A stretch of DNA of 26,410 bases from a virus (IMGVR_UViG_3300027522_000029:1-26410), one strand, 5' to 3'; positions 8,698 through 21,300 are shown, numbered from the stretch's first letter. The notes: generated by a model not told the origin, from the sequence alone. Numbers and translations: made by a program.

Positions 8698-11600
8698 ATG
8701 GCTAACACAACACGATCAAGCAATCTCTTTGCTACTGAAGACTGGACAAAAGTTTACGAATCATTCAAGGAAATTGACTTCCAGAGTTATGATTTCCAGA
8801 CCATTCGTAAGAGCATGGTTGACTATCTGCGCAACTACTACCCAGAAGATTTTAATGATTATATTGAGTCTAGTGAGTATGTAGCACTTATTGATATGAT
8901 TGCGTATGTAGCACAGAGTTTAAGTTTTAGAACAGACTTAAACGCCAGAGAAAACTTCCTTGAAACAGCAGAGCGTAGAGATAGTATTCTCCGCCTTGCT
9001 AAAATGCTTAACTACTTTCCTAAACGTAGTCAGATTTCACGAGGACTGCTTAAAATTGATAGTGTGTCTACAACTGAGATTATCCTAGATAGTAACAGTA
9101 ATAACCTTGAAAATACAGAGATTTTTTGGGGCGATGAAACAAATCCAGACTTCCTAGAACAGTTTACTACTATTATGAACGCTAGCATGGTCAAGACACA
9201 GAGATTTGGCAATCCTTCTCTTAAAACTACAGTGGGCGGGATACAAATACAAGAATATAATATTAGTACAGTTCCTAACTCTATTCCAATTTACGATTTT
9301 AGAAACGATGTAAGTGGACAAGAGTTTTCTTTTGAAGTTGTTAACGGAACTTTCAGTGGAACAGATTATCTGTATGAAGTTGCTCCTAAACCGGGTAGCA
9401 CTATTAATACAATCTATAGAAACGACACCCGCGGGTTTAACAGTATTAATACTGGATTCTTCTTTTACTTTAAACAAGGAACGTTGCAGACACTGGATTT
9501 TAATGTTGATGAAGCATTGCCAAACCGTGTTGTTGAAATTGACGTTAACGGAATTGATAATAACGATGTATGGTTGTATGAATTAGACAGCAATGGCAAA
9601 GAGGAAACCCTTTGGGCTAAAATTCCTGCTATTACTGGAAACAATGCTATCTTTAACAGTCTTAACAAAGACACTAAGACATTGTTTAGTGTACAGAGTC
9701 GCAGTGCAGATAGAATTAGCCTTGTATTTGGCGACGGAGTATTTTCAAATATCCCTAAAGGAAACTTTAGAGTTTACTTCCGTGTAGGCAACGGGTTTAC
9801 ATATAAAATTAGTCCACAGGACATGAATGCTGTTACATTAACTATTCCATACATAAGCCACAGTTCTCAAGTTGAAACACTTACGGTTAGCATGAGTTTA
9901 AAACAAACTGTAGCAAACTCTAGTGCAAGAGAAAACTTAAACGATGTTAAGGCCAGAGCACAACAACAATACTACACACAGGATCGTATGATTACTGGCG
10001 AAGACTATCAGATTTATCCTTTTACAAGTTTTAACAACATTATTAAAAGTAAAGCTGTTAACAGAACTAGTAGTGGAGTTAGCCGTTACTTGGATGTTAG
10101 AGATACGACTGGAAAGTATAGTTCAACTAACATCTTTGCAGAGGACGGCATCTTCTACAAAGAAGACACATTACCAACATTTAGTTTTACTTTTATTACC
10201 GACAGTGATATCAGCAACACGTTAGCAACACAAGTTGAGAGTGTGATTCAAGCAAACCCAATGTATCACTACTTCCTAAAAAATTACGGAAGGCTTGATA
10301 TAACCAATCTAAGTATTACTTGGAATCAAACAACTATTGGCACAGGAGTTTGCACTGGATTTCTTAAAAATGCTACTCTAAATCCACAATCAATAGCAGG
10401 TTTTACCAGTAGTAACTTAAAATTCTTTAAAGAAGGAACTCTTGCTAAGTTTTCTGCTCCGGCAGGATATGTTTTTGATGTAAACAATAATTTAGTACTA
10501 GGCACAGTTGGTTCGCTTAACACTAAAAGTTATATTTGGGCTGGTTGCAGTAACGTTGTTGAAGACGGAGCTAACCTTGGTGCAGGAAATTTAGAAAGCG
10601 GAGTTGGGCCTGTAACGCTAAGTGAAGTTATTCCAAATACTGCTAAGTTAGATGAGATTATCTATCCTTGGAATACTAGTTTTACAAGTACTATCAGGCA
10701 GGCAATCATTGATAACATCAGTAACTATAAAACATTTGGCATTAGATACGATACAGACACACAAGAATGGGTTGTTATTTCAGGTGTTAATCTTAATCAA
10801 ACAACTACATTTAACTTGCAACATGCTGGTGATTCGACCGGAACCAACCAAGACGCTAGTTGGTTGTTCTTGTTTACTAACGATGGCGAAACAACTACAG
10901 TTAAGCACAGAAGTTTAGAGTATATATTTGAAAGTTTCCTTGAAACACGTTTTTACTTTGACAAAGACTTAAAAATCTTTGATCCAAGATCAGGCAAAAC
11001 TATTAAAGATAAAATCGTCATGCTTAAAGTTAACAGCCTGCCTGATTCCAATACAGCATTTGGTCAAGATTATATTATGAATGTTGATAGCACTGTAATT
11101 GAAGACGATGGATATATTTTAACAGAGCGTATTAAAGTAACGTTCCCAGATCAAGACAGTGACGGAGTTATTGATGACCCTGATGTGTTTAATGTGGTAG
11201 TAGCACCTGATACCTCAGAAAAAGTTGTTTTTTATAAGACATATTTAGATAACAGCGGATATACTAGATTTGAGCCAGTAGAAAGCACTAAAGTTGAAAG
11301 TGGATATACATCCTTAACTGATATTACCGCAGTTCAGAACACTTATGCTAGCGGACAGATATTTTATGCGTCTACTACTGGTAGTTTTTATATCTTGTCA
11401 ATTAATAATGTTAACGTAAAAACGCTAACACAGACAACAGATTATATAACTAAGATCGGCAGAGATAACCTGTTGTTCCAGTATACACACAATAGTCCCA
11501 ATGACAGGCGTATTGACCCGAGTCCAAGCAATATCATTGACTTGTTCTTGTTAACAAAAGTTTATGATGCTGACTTTAGAAACTGGATCACGGACTTAAC

Positions 11601-12312
11601 AGGCTCAGTATCTAAGCCAGCTAAACCAAGCACCAGCGAATTAAGAGATGCTTACGGCGATCTAGAAAACTTTAAGAGTGTTAGTGACGCTATTGTATTC
11701 AATAGTATTAAATATCGACCATTATTTGGTGATAAGGCGGACACAGAATTGCAAGCAACGTTTAAGGTAGTAAAAAATACCGCAACACTAGTAAGTGACA
11801 ATGAAATTAAAGCACGTATTGTTGAAGAAGTTAATAACTACTTTGCAATATCAAACTGGGACTTTGGCGACACGTTCTACTTTAGTGAACTTGGTGCTTA
11901 TTTGCATAATGCATTAACTCCTAACGTTCTTAGTGTGATTATTGTTCCTAAGTCTAGCACCAGCGGATTTGGTAGTTTGTATCAAATCGCTAGTAACAGG
12001 AATGAGATTTTTATTAGTGCAGCAACAGTTAACGATATTGATATAATTGATGTTATTACTTCCGCTCAGTTACAAGCATCTGGAAATGTTGTAAATACTA
12101 CTAGTGGCATTACAACCATTGAAAGTGTTAGTAGCACTGGTAGTTCTACAGCACTAGAGACAACGACAAATACTACAGGTACTACAACTGCATCAACAAG
12201 CAGTGCAAGTAGTTCAAGTAGCTCAAGTAGTGCGAGCAGTTCAAGTAGCTCAAGTAGCTCAAGCTCGTCTAGCAGTTCAAGTAGTTCAAGTTCCGGAGGC
12301 TATGGTTACTAA
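8698..12312 (+). CDS. gp6: Baseplate wedge subunit, T4 gp6-like (enlarged, 1204 aa)
   Basis: N-terminal YDFQTIRKSMVDYLR...DFNDYIESSEYVALIDMIAY...ENFLETAERRDSILRLAKMLNYFPKR, internal YYTQDRMITGEDY, C-terminal WDFGDTFYFSEL are gp6/baseplate-J motifs; follows gp25. Confidence 0.88.
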   Translation: MANTTRSSNLFATEDWTKVYESFKEIDFQSYDFQTIRKSMVDYLRNYYPEDFNDYIESSEYVALIDMIAYVAQSLSFRTDLNARENFLETAERRDSILRLAKMLNYFPKRSQISRGLLKIDSVSTTEIILDSNSNNLENTEIFWGDETNPDFLEQFTTIMNASMVKTQRFGNPSLKTTVGGIQIQEYNISTVPNSIPIYDFRNDVSGQEFSFEVVNGTFSGTDYLYEVAPKPGSTINTIYRNDTRGFNSINTGFFFYFKQGTLQTLDFNVDEALPNRVVEIDVNGIDNNDVWLYELDSNGKEETLWAKIPAITGNNAIFNSLNKDTKTLFSVQSRSADRISLVFGDGVFSNIPKGNFRVYFRVGNGFTYKISPQDMNAVTLTIPYISHSSQVETLTVSMSLKQTVANSSARENLNDVKARAQQQYYTQDRMITGEDYQIYPFTSFNNIIKSKAVNRTSSGVSRYLDVRDTTGKYSSTNIFAEDGIFYKEDTLPTFSFTFITDSDISNTLATQVESVIQANPMYHYFLKNYGRLDITNLSITWNQTTIGTGVCTGFLKNATLNPQSIAGFTSSNLKFFKEGTLAKFSAPAGYVFDVNNNLVLGTVGSLNTKSYIWAGCSNVVEDGANLGAGNLESGVGPVTLSEVIPNTAKLDEIIYPWNTSFTSTIRQAIIDNISNYKTFGIRYDTDTQEWVVISGVNLNQTTTFNLQHAGDSTGTNQDASWLFLFTNDGETTTVKHRSLEYIFESFLETRFYFDKDLKIFDPRSGKTIKDKIVMLKVNSLPDSNTAFGQDYIMNVDSTVIEDDGYILTERIKVTFPDQDSDGVIDDPDVFNVVVAPDTSEKVVFYKTYLDNSGYTRFEPVESTKVESGYTSLTDITAVQNTYASGQIFYASTTGSFYILSINNVNVKTLTQTTDYITKIGRDNLLFQYTHNSPNDRRIDPSPSNIIDLFLLTKVYDADFRNWITDLTGSVSKPAKPSTSELRDAYGDLENFKSVSDAIVFNSIKYRPLFGDKADTELQATFKVVKNTATLVSDNEIKARIVEEVNNYFAISNWDFGDTFYFSELGAYLHNALTPNVLSVIIVPKSSTSGFGSLYQIASNRNEIFISAATVNDIDIIDVITSAQLQASGNVVNTTSGITTIESVSSTGSSTALETTTNTTGTTTASTSSASSSSSSSSASSSSSSSSSSSSSSSSSSSSGGYGY
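12196..12294 (+). repeat. Imperfect 9-nt tandem repeat (TCAAGTAG[C/T]) encoding a poly-serine tract at the gp6 C-terminus
   Basis: ...agttcaagtagctcaagtagtgcgagcagttcaagtagctcaagtagctcaagctcgtctagcagttcaagtagttcaagttcc..., a roughly 30-residue Ser-rich run followed by GGYGY-stop. Confidence 0.9.
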
Positions 12313-15300
12313 TGGCAATAAGAAAAACACAACAGCTATTACCTGAAGTATTTCGCACTAGTAAAAACAAGAAATTTCTAAATGCTACCCTTGACCAATT
12401 AATTAGTGAAGACAACAAAATAAAAGTTAATGGATTTATTGGCAGAAAGAGTGCTGCAAATTTTCAGAAGGGAGACAACTATCTAGTTGAAACTTCAGCT
12501 TTTAGACAAAACTATCAACTTGAGCCTGGGGTAATTTACGAAGATGCGTCTGGTACAGTCCAGAGTGTTAGTAGTATTAACGATGCTTTAAGTACTATAA
12601 GGTATAACAACGGATCCACAGCAAACCAAGACACTCTTTATAGACAACAGTATTACAACTGGAGTGGATATGTTGACTTAGATAAGTTAATTAACTATGG
12701 TGAATATTTTTGGTTGCCAGGTGGACCGGACAGTGTGCAAGTTTTTGCAGATACTATTGATACAACTCAAGACTTTACTGTACTTAGAGAAGGAACAACA
12801 TATGCACAAATTGAATACGACACTGTTGGTTATGACGAAGGTCCATTTGATGAAAGAACTTTATCAGTTGATACTGGAGGATTAAACTATAGGTTTGATG
12901 ATTCTACTACTACCCCTAACCCAGTAATATATCTAGCTCGTGGCGGTGAATATACTTTTAAAGTCGATCAAGACGGCGTTCCTTTTTGGATACAGACAGA
13001 AATAGGAACATCTGGAGTAAGCAAAACACAGAAGAATATTAGTACCAGGGATATTTTTGGCACAGTTAACAACGGCGAAGATGATGGAATTATTACTTGG
13101 CGTGTCCCTCACACAGATGCCCAAGATAGATTTACAAGTATGACTGTTGACGCAGATGTTGATGTTGCGACAGACTTAGTATACACTAAAATACACAATC
13201 AATCACTAAGTGTTTTCCTAGCAGCCTACCCAACCGGTATTGACGGGTTAACTGAAATTAATGGAAAGACACTAGTGTTTGCTAACCAAAGTCTAGATGA
13301 AACAGATTGGGCAGGACTATCAGTTGCTGAGAGATACAGTGTTTTTAATATCACAGTTAGCAGCATCAATGATGTTGATACTATTGTTTTATCGTATCTT
13401 AAAGATATTACCTCTGGCAACAAAGTAAGAGTTAAGCAAGGCAACGTTTATGCTAACAAGCAATTATGGAAAAATGCATCTGGGCAACTTGAGTTAATTC
13501 CGCCTATTACTGCTAGCCAAACTGAATTCTTTTATCAAGACGGAAAAGATGCAAATAGATTTGGTAAAATTGTCCTTGTTGATCAAGGCGATAGTGCAGT
13601 TATTGATATTAATCAGGACGTTATCGGCAGGGAAACATACACTAGTCCTAACGGCGTAGCATTTACAAATGGCCTTAAAGTTGAATTTGATAACAGTGTT
13701 ACCCCAGATACTTTTCAAAATACCGTTTTTTACGTAGAAGGTGTTGGTACTAGTATTAAATTAGTTTCTGAGACATCGTTGTCTACACCAGAAACATATG
13801 CTGTAACTGAAAATGAACCTTACGACTCTGAAAACTTTGATGTTGGTGGATTTGAAGCTTCATTAAACAGTCCTACGTTACAAGATTATATTGTTATTAA
13901 CCGCGCAAGTTTGGATAACAATGCTTGGAGCCGCGGAAACAGGTGGTTCCACCGCTCTGTGCTTGCTGATACAGCAATTTATAATAAATTTACTTTAGTA
14001 ATTAACGATACTGCTAGAGCAAAGCGTCCTATTATTGAATTTGATGCTGGCTTGCAACTCTTTAACACAGGAACCACTAGCCAAACTCCTGTTAGCGTAG
14101 TCGACACAGAAGAAACAGATGCGTTTAGTAATGTTAATGGAAAAACTGGATATTTTGCAGATGGTATTAATTTAACTCCGGGGGTAACTGTGTGTTTCAG
14201 TGCTGATCCAGATGTTAAGCAGAACATTTACCAAGTTAGCCTTATCGATCAAGATAGTAATTTAGCAACTGATCCAATTATTAACCTAACACAAATTGGC
14301 ACAATTAAAGACGGTGACTGTTTGCTTAGTAATACGGGAACAACAAATCAAGGAAATTTGTTTTACTACACTAGCTTAACAGATACATGGACACTTGGAC
14401 AACAAAAAACAAAAATTAACCAAGAGCCGTTGTTTGACGTATTTGATCCTCAATATGTTAGTTTTAGTGACACAACAAAATATCCAAGCTCAGGATTTAT
14501 CGGAAGTAAATTATTCAGTTACAAGAGAAATACTAACAGTGGCGCAGACATAATTTTAGGCTTCGGGTTAAGTTATAGAAATATCAATAACGTTGGCGAC
14601 ATACTTTTTGAAAACAATTATGTTAACGACAAGTTTACATATACAAAAGCTAATGTCGGTGCTGTTGATGTCATCGTTAGAAGCGGGCACGTACACAAAA
14701 ACAGTGAGCTTGCTGATTTAGTTACCAGAGAATTAAAGAATGGTTGGACAAAAGTATTAAGCGAAAGCAGACAATGGCAACAAGTTCAGTACACTGTTGA
14801 TGCTGAGTTATTTAGTTTTGAGATTGGAGCCTATCCTAAAGTAGATAATGATCAAGTAACACTACAGGTATTTGTTAACGGAGACTTCCAACCTGCTAGC
14901 AATTATGTGCAACTAATAACCAATGAAAAATATTATGTTAGTTTTGTAACAGCGTTAGCACAAGAAGACGTTGTCCTTATTAGAGCTTACAGCGAAACAG
15001 TAAACCCATTAGGGTTTTATGAAACTCCTTCTAATCTTGAAAATAATGCTAACAATGACGACTTTAAAGAGTTAACTCTAGGACAGTTACGAAATCACTT
15101 TGTTCAACTTACTAGAGAGATACCAACATTAACTGGAACCAGTCTTGGCACAAGCAATGCAAGAGACCTAGACTATAAAAAGTATCCAGGAAAGATCCAA
15201 CAGCATAGTGCTGGAGTAACACTTCCGCACTACCTTCTTGCTCAAGAAAATAATAGTTTAATTGAATCGTTACGATTTGGTATGGAAGAATATACTAGAT

Positions 15301-18300
15301 TTAAAAATAGATTAATTGACAATATTAACCGACTTGACATTGACCTAAGAAGCCCAGCTACTGCACTAGACAACATCTTAGCATTTATGACTGGTGTAAA
15401 AACCAGCGATTTCCCATTTTACTATTCCGATATGTTACCCTGGGGAAGTCAAACAACTACAACAACGATTACACTTGATCAGACTACAGAGAAAGTATTT
15501 GAATTTACTACTCAGTTTGATTTAACAGAAATTAGTAATCGTGGCGTTCTTGTTTACATTACAAAAGACACTAATGTTAAAACTCAGCTTATACAAGGGC
15601 TTGATTATACGTTTGATTCTATCGAACCAGCAATTACTTTAAATTCATTAGTTGCTTTAGCAGTTGGTGATATTATTGAAATAGTTGAATACTCAAATAC
15701 AGACGGTAGTTTTATCCCGCCTACCCCAACTAAGATGGGATTATATCCTAAGTTTAGACCTGCTATTACTCTTGATGACACTTACCAAACTGGAACTAGT
15801 ACTGGGACTGGTCCGTTTAAAATTTATGCAACAGCAGACTCAAGATATTCACAAAGAGCACAAGGGGTTAGCGGATGGTTCTATCCATTGTACACAACAA
15901 ACGCCGCGGCACAGGCGGCCGATGTAGGTAACGCAGCGCATGCTCATAGATTCGTAGGCAGTGACAGACTGTTCTATATGCCAAATTCTGCAGCGAACCA
16001 CGGTGCTGTAAACACAGACGGTTATACAGAATATGAAAACTATACTCCGGTTATTCAAGGTCACGACGGTAGCCGCTGGGTTGCATACAAGGATCGTAGA
16101 GACGACATTATACTTGAATTTGAAAAACGTGTATACAATAATATAAAAACTCAATATGATGCACAAACCTTTGATATTGCTGAAGTAACTCCAGGGTACT
16201 TTAGAAGTTCATTTACGGACCTAGAACAGACCACGCAGATTCATACGCAATACATATCGAGTTGGGCAAACAAAAATGCATTAGATATTTCTACAAATAC
16301 TGTGCATGATGCAAATAACTCTTTTACTTGGAATTATAGCGATGCTGTAGTTGCTGGTACTACCACTAGACTGCCTGGATTTTGGAGAGGGATTTATCAT
16401 TGGATATACGATACAGAAACTCCACACTTAACTCCCTGGGAAATGCTTGGTATTTACGAGAAACCAGACTGGTGGGATGCAAGATACGGAGTCGCTCCTT
16501 ATACTCGCGGTAACCGTGTTTTGTGGGAAGACTTAGAAGCAGGTAAAATTTACAATGGATCAGGAAGAGATGCAACGCATACTATCAATCTACTTCGCGT
16601 CCGCACTGGCTTAACAAATATGATCCCAACTAACGACCAGGGACAACTGCTTGCCCCTAATCAATACCTAACTCAAGGAGCAATTTCTACTAATACAGAA
16701 AGAAGCTGGAGAATTGGCGATTATGCTCCGGTAGAAGCTGCTTGGAGACGTAGCAGTGAAATGCCTTTTGCAATGCAAATTATTTCAGCATTAAAACGTC
16801 CAGCAAAGTACATGACACTGTTATGGGATACAAACCTAGTTGAGTACAACAAAGATTATGACCAAATACTTCAGCGTTACAAGAGTTACAGAGCTAGTAT
16901 TGCAGCCTTTAGAGTCAACGGAGTAGTACAGACAAACTCTACTGTAGTTGATAGAGTGGAAGGTTACAATCAGTTTATTTCTAATTTCTTCCAATACACT
17001 AGTTTAAATCTTGTTGCATTAAGATCAACAATTCAAAATTTAAAACTTAAACTAATATATGCAGTAGGCGGATTTACAGACTTAACGTTGTCTAAGATGC
17101 TCATAGAGTCTTCTAGTCCTAGCAGTACTGGAAGCAATATCTTTATTCCAGACGAAAACATGAGCGTTTATCTTAATAAGAGTACACCGTTAGAAAGAGT
17201 ATTCTACAGTGGTGTTAGCATTATTAAACGAGCCAATGGTTACGAGATTCGTGGATATGATACAAAAAATCCATTTTTTAAGATTGTTCCTAGTATCCGC
17301 AGCGACAAGAAAAGCATTATAACTGTTGGTAGTGCCAGCGCAGTAATCTACAGTGATAGCCTGAACTATATTACTAGTGTTCCTTACGGTACTGTAATTG
17401 CAAGTGTTCAACAAGTTTGCGATTTCCTAATTGCGTATGCAAGGTACTTAAAAGTAAAAGGCTTTACCTTTGACACTGTTAACAGTGACGGCAAAACTGT
17501 TGATTTTGAAAATACAGTTTCTGAATTCTTATTCTGGACACAACAAGGCTGGGGAAATAACTCAGTATTCGGCGCAAGTCCTGCATACAAAACTTTAGTA
17601 ATTGACCGAGAGCTAACAACTCTAGATGATTTAAGTAAAACTGGATCACTTAAAAATACTGATAGCAAAGCAATCCGTCCTACACAGTATAACGTAGAAA
17701 GAATTGATAATAGAACTACTATTACTGTTGATGACAGCAAAGACTATTTGTATGCTGCTCAAGTTGATCCAATTCAATACGAGCATTATATTGTATTGGA
17801 CAATACAACTATATTTAATGACATCATTTACCAGCCTGAACTAGGAAATAGACAGGCACGAGTAAAGTTCGTTGGATATAAATCAGGAAGTTGGAACGGT
17901 ACGTTGCATGCTCCAGGATTTATTATTAACAAGAATGAGTTTAATGTTTGGACACAGAACACAGATTACAAAAAAGCAGACATAGTAACTCACAATAAAA
18001 AACTCTTTGTTGCTACAGATAACCACGAAGGTCAGTCTAAGTTTGATTTTAATAACTGGCGCCCAGTAGATAATATGAAAACTGGAATGTTGCCTAACAT
18101 AACACAAAAAGTTGATAGATTTAATAAGTTTTATGACTTTAATGAAACTAACTTAGAAAATACTCTTGACCAAGCCGCTAAAGGACAGATTGGATTTAGA
18201 AAAAGAGATTATTTAGACCAACTTGGGTTAGATGATGTTAGCCAAGTTAAGTTTTATCAGGGAATGATTAAAACTAAAGGAACGCCCAACGTTATTGATA

Positions 18301-21300
18301 AGTTAATTGGTGCTAATTTAACTAACACGGTCTCCGGCACCAAAAGTCTAGATCAAGAAATTACCTTCTATGAAGAGTGGGGATTCCGGGTTGGCGAATA
18401 CGGTAGTATTGACAGTAATCAAGTTATTGACCTTGTTATTGACGAAGCCCGTGTCCAAGAAAACCAAACAGTGGTTCAACTATTAGATAGCGGCGACACA
18501 GCAGACTCAGACTACTACACGTTTAAAAAGAAGGATATTTACAAGTTACCTAATAATTTTAGCAAAAATATTTTCTTTACTAGAGATGCAAATGTTAAGA
18601 AAACTGATATTGTTGGTGCTGGACATCCAAGACTAGATGACGTAAGTTATACACTGTTTGATCTAAACAACATTGCAGAACTTAACATTGACATTGATAA
18701 GATTGGACGCGGCACAACTATTTGGACAGCTAAAAACGACTTTGATTGGAACGTATACAGGGTTACAGAAGTAGGGGTAGAGATCAGTGAGGTGGCACAG
18801 GGCGCCAACGGATTTATTACGTTAACTGCTACAGCAAATCACGGCCTTGTTAAAAACGATATTGTCCTAATTAAGACAAACAATGAAGTTGTTAAGGGTT
18901 TTAAAACTGTTAGTAGCATTGACTCGCCGCGCACGTTTAATGTTAGCATTGGTAATGATGTTGAAATTGATGACATTACTAACCTAAGATTACCAATCTT
19001 TAAACTAGTAAGTTCACGTTTTCAAACCATAGCAAGCATTGCAGATACCACTCCACTTTTTGGATGGGACGAGGACGAAGTTGTATGGATTGACTATGAT
19101 GAAAATCAACTTTGGGCAGCATTTAAAAAGCAAGAGCCGTGGGATTTTAACAAGTTAATTTTTAACATTGATAGTTCCGGCAGTGCTAATAACGGATCTA
19201 GTCTAGCAATATCAGACGACTCACTAAATGTTTTCTCTGGTGCTCCAAACCAAAATAATGGGGTTGTTCATCCATACCTTAGCGATGATGTAGGCATTTA
19301 CAATCCTGGGTCTACATTAGCGCCAGCTACGATTGGAAATGATATATCTGGATTTGGCACAGCCAGTGTAGCAGGTAAGACGTGGGCAGCTTTTGGTGCT
19401 CCAAATAGCGTTAGTAGCGACGGACTTGTGATAGTATATCAAAGAGCATCTAATGGAATTTACGATTCAAAACAATGTTTAGGTATTGGGCCACACAGTA
19501 ATAATTCACCTAAGTTTGGATTTAATTTAGCTATGAGCAAGGATGACAGATACTTGTTTGTCTCAGCACCTGGCGAAAATACTGTTTATTGCTATGCACA
19601 GAAAGTTATTGCTACAGTTGATGAAGAGGTACAAACTGTAACTGGAACTGCCAGTTCAACAACAGCCTTTACACTAACGTGGACACCAAGTAGTGTATAC
19701 AGTCTTCATATTCTTGATGAAAATTCTAAAGAATATGTGCCATACAAAGATTACAATATTAATGGTGCAGTGCTAACATTTACTACTGCTCCTGCCAATG
19801 GACTAAAAGTTGTTGTAAGAGAAGGCACTCATTACGTGTTAGTAGATACTATTACTGGCAGTAGTTCAGCAACAGGTGATCAGTTTGGATTTAGCATTGA
19901 TTGTGATACTGCTGGCGATACGCTGGTTGTTGGCGCACCGTATGCAGAAGTAACAAACTCAAGTTCAGCAAGTATTACTGATGCAGGTGAGGCTTATTTG
20001 TTCCACCACATTGCAGAAAAGTTTACTGCCAATGGAACAGTGTTTGCGTTCACCACAACAAATACACTACCTGAACAGTTTTATGTTGAAGTTGACGGGG
20101 TATTACAAACGCTTACTGATGGCGGCGATGTTGGCGGACTTGATACTGACAGTAGTACAAACCGCTACTCGGTTAGTAATAAAACAATAACATTTAGATA
20201 TATTCCAGCAAGCGGTAGTATAGTTAAAGTATACACTGGCGTCTTTGCTGAGATACAACTACTAAATCAACTTAGTACTAGCAACGAACCAACAGACAGC
20301 GAAAACTTTGGTTTTGATGTAAGTATTGATGCATACGGTGCTATTGTTGCTGTTGGCGGACCAGGCGAAGATGAACTTAATCCTAATACAGGCTCGACAA
20401 GTATCTTTATTGACGAAGGGCTACGTTTTGGTAGTGTTACCACACAGAACTTAAACGTTGGTACGTTTGCCGTGCAAAACGACTCTGTGTTTATTGATGA
20501 TTTTGAAGTAAGAATTACTTTAAACACTAGTGCTGATTCAACTGGATTAGTAGATGACATTAATAATTTAAATCTTACTACTATAGTTGCCGAAACAATT
20601 GGCACAACTAATTTGTTAATTACTGGCAGTGCTGGAGTTGCTAACAAAAAACTTAAAGTACGTCCTGGCACTGGAGATACGTTCCGGGCACGAGCAGAAG
20701 TAGAGCCATTTAAGTTTACACAAAAACTAAACCATCCACTGCTTGCAGAGAACGAAAACTTTGGTAGAGTGCTTGAATTTGACAAATATATTCCACTTGA
20801 TTCTGTTAACGAGCAAAGATTAGTAATTAGTAGTGACCGTGCTAGTACACAACTACGTATGGGACTAGACCGCGACACAGATACAAATAGTGCAACACAT
20901 GACGAGTTTACAACTACATTTGATGCTGATAGTACCAAATATATTGATAAAGTGTCACAAAGTGGGGCTGCTTACATATACGATTTGTTGGATAGCAGTG
21001 TAACTCCTGGGCTAGTACAAAGCATATCTAATCCACCTAAGTTTGCATTTGGACAACAGATGCAAAACACAAAGATTAATGAACTAGATCAGTTTGGAGG
21101 AAGTTTAGCAATTAATCGCGAAAAGTTATTTGTTGGTAGTCCTGCAGACAACGAGTGGCTAACAAACGCAGGTAGTTTTTACTACTTCCAAAACGCTACA
21201 GATACAAGTACATGGGAAAAGACCCGGGTGCAGACTCCTAAAGTAGATCCTGACGTTATTAACCGTATTGTGACATACGACAAAACTAATAACCAGATCA

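Noticed and set aside
11482-11500. His-Asn-Ser (YTHNSPND) in gp6 as a possible intein C-terminal splice junction
   Set aside because: No matching N-terminal Cys/Ser block A and no LAGLIDADG motifs upstream; context reads as ordinary gp6 sequence.
12196-12294. CRISPR array or non-coding repeat element
   Set aside because: The unit is 9 nt with no unique spacers and is in frame as poly-Ser within gp6.
2156-12312. Bacterial eCIS, tailocin or T6SS locus
   Set aside because: The adjacent gp55/gp47/gp46 genes, T4-type late-promoter motif and phage-style fibre indicate a lytic phage genome; no T6SS membrane complex or eCIS ATPase is visible.
20267-20938. 223-aa antisense ORF inside the giant gene, and the many other short antisense or alternate-frame ORFs (e.g. 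7539-7901, 8236-8631, 17408-17740)
   Set aside because: All are nested in or largely overlap well-supported genes, have no recognisable motifs, and show S/V/L/P-rich composition typical of shadow frames from codon bias.
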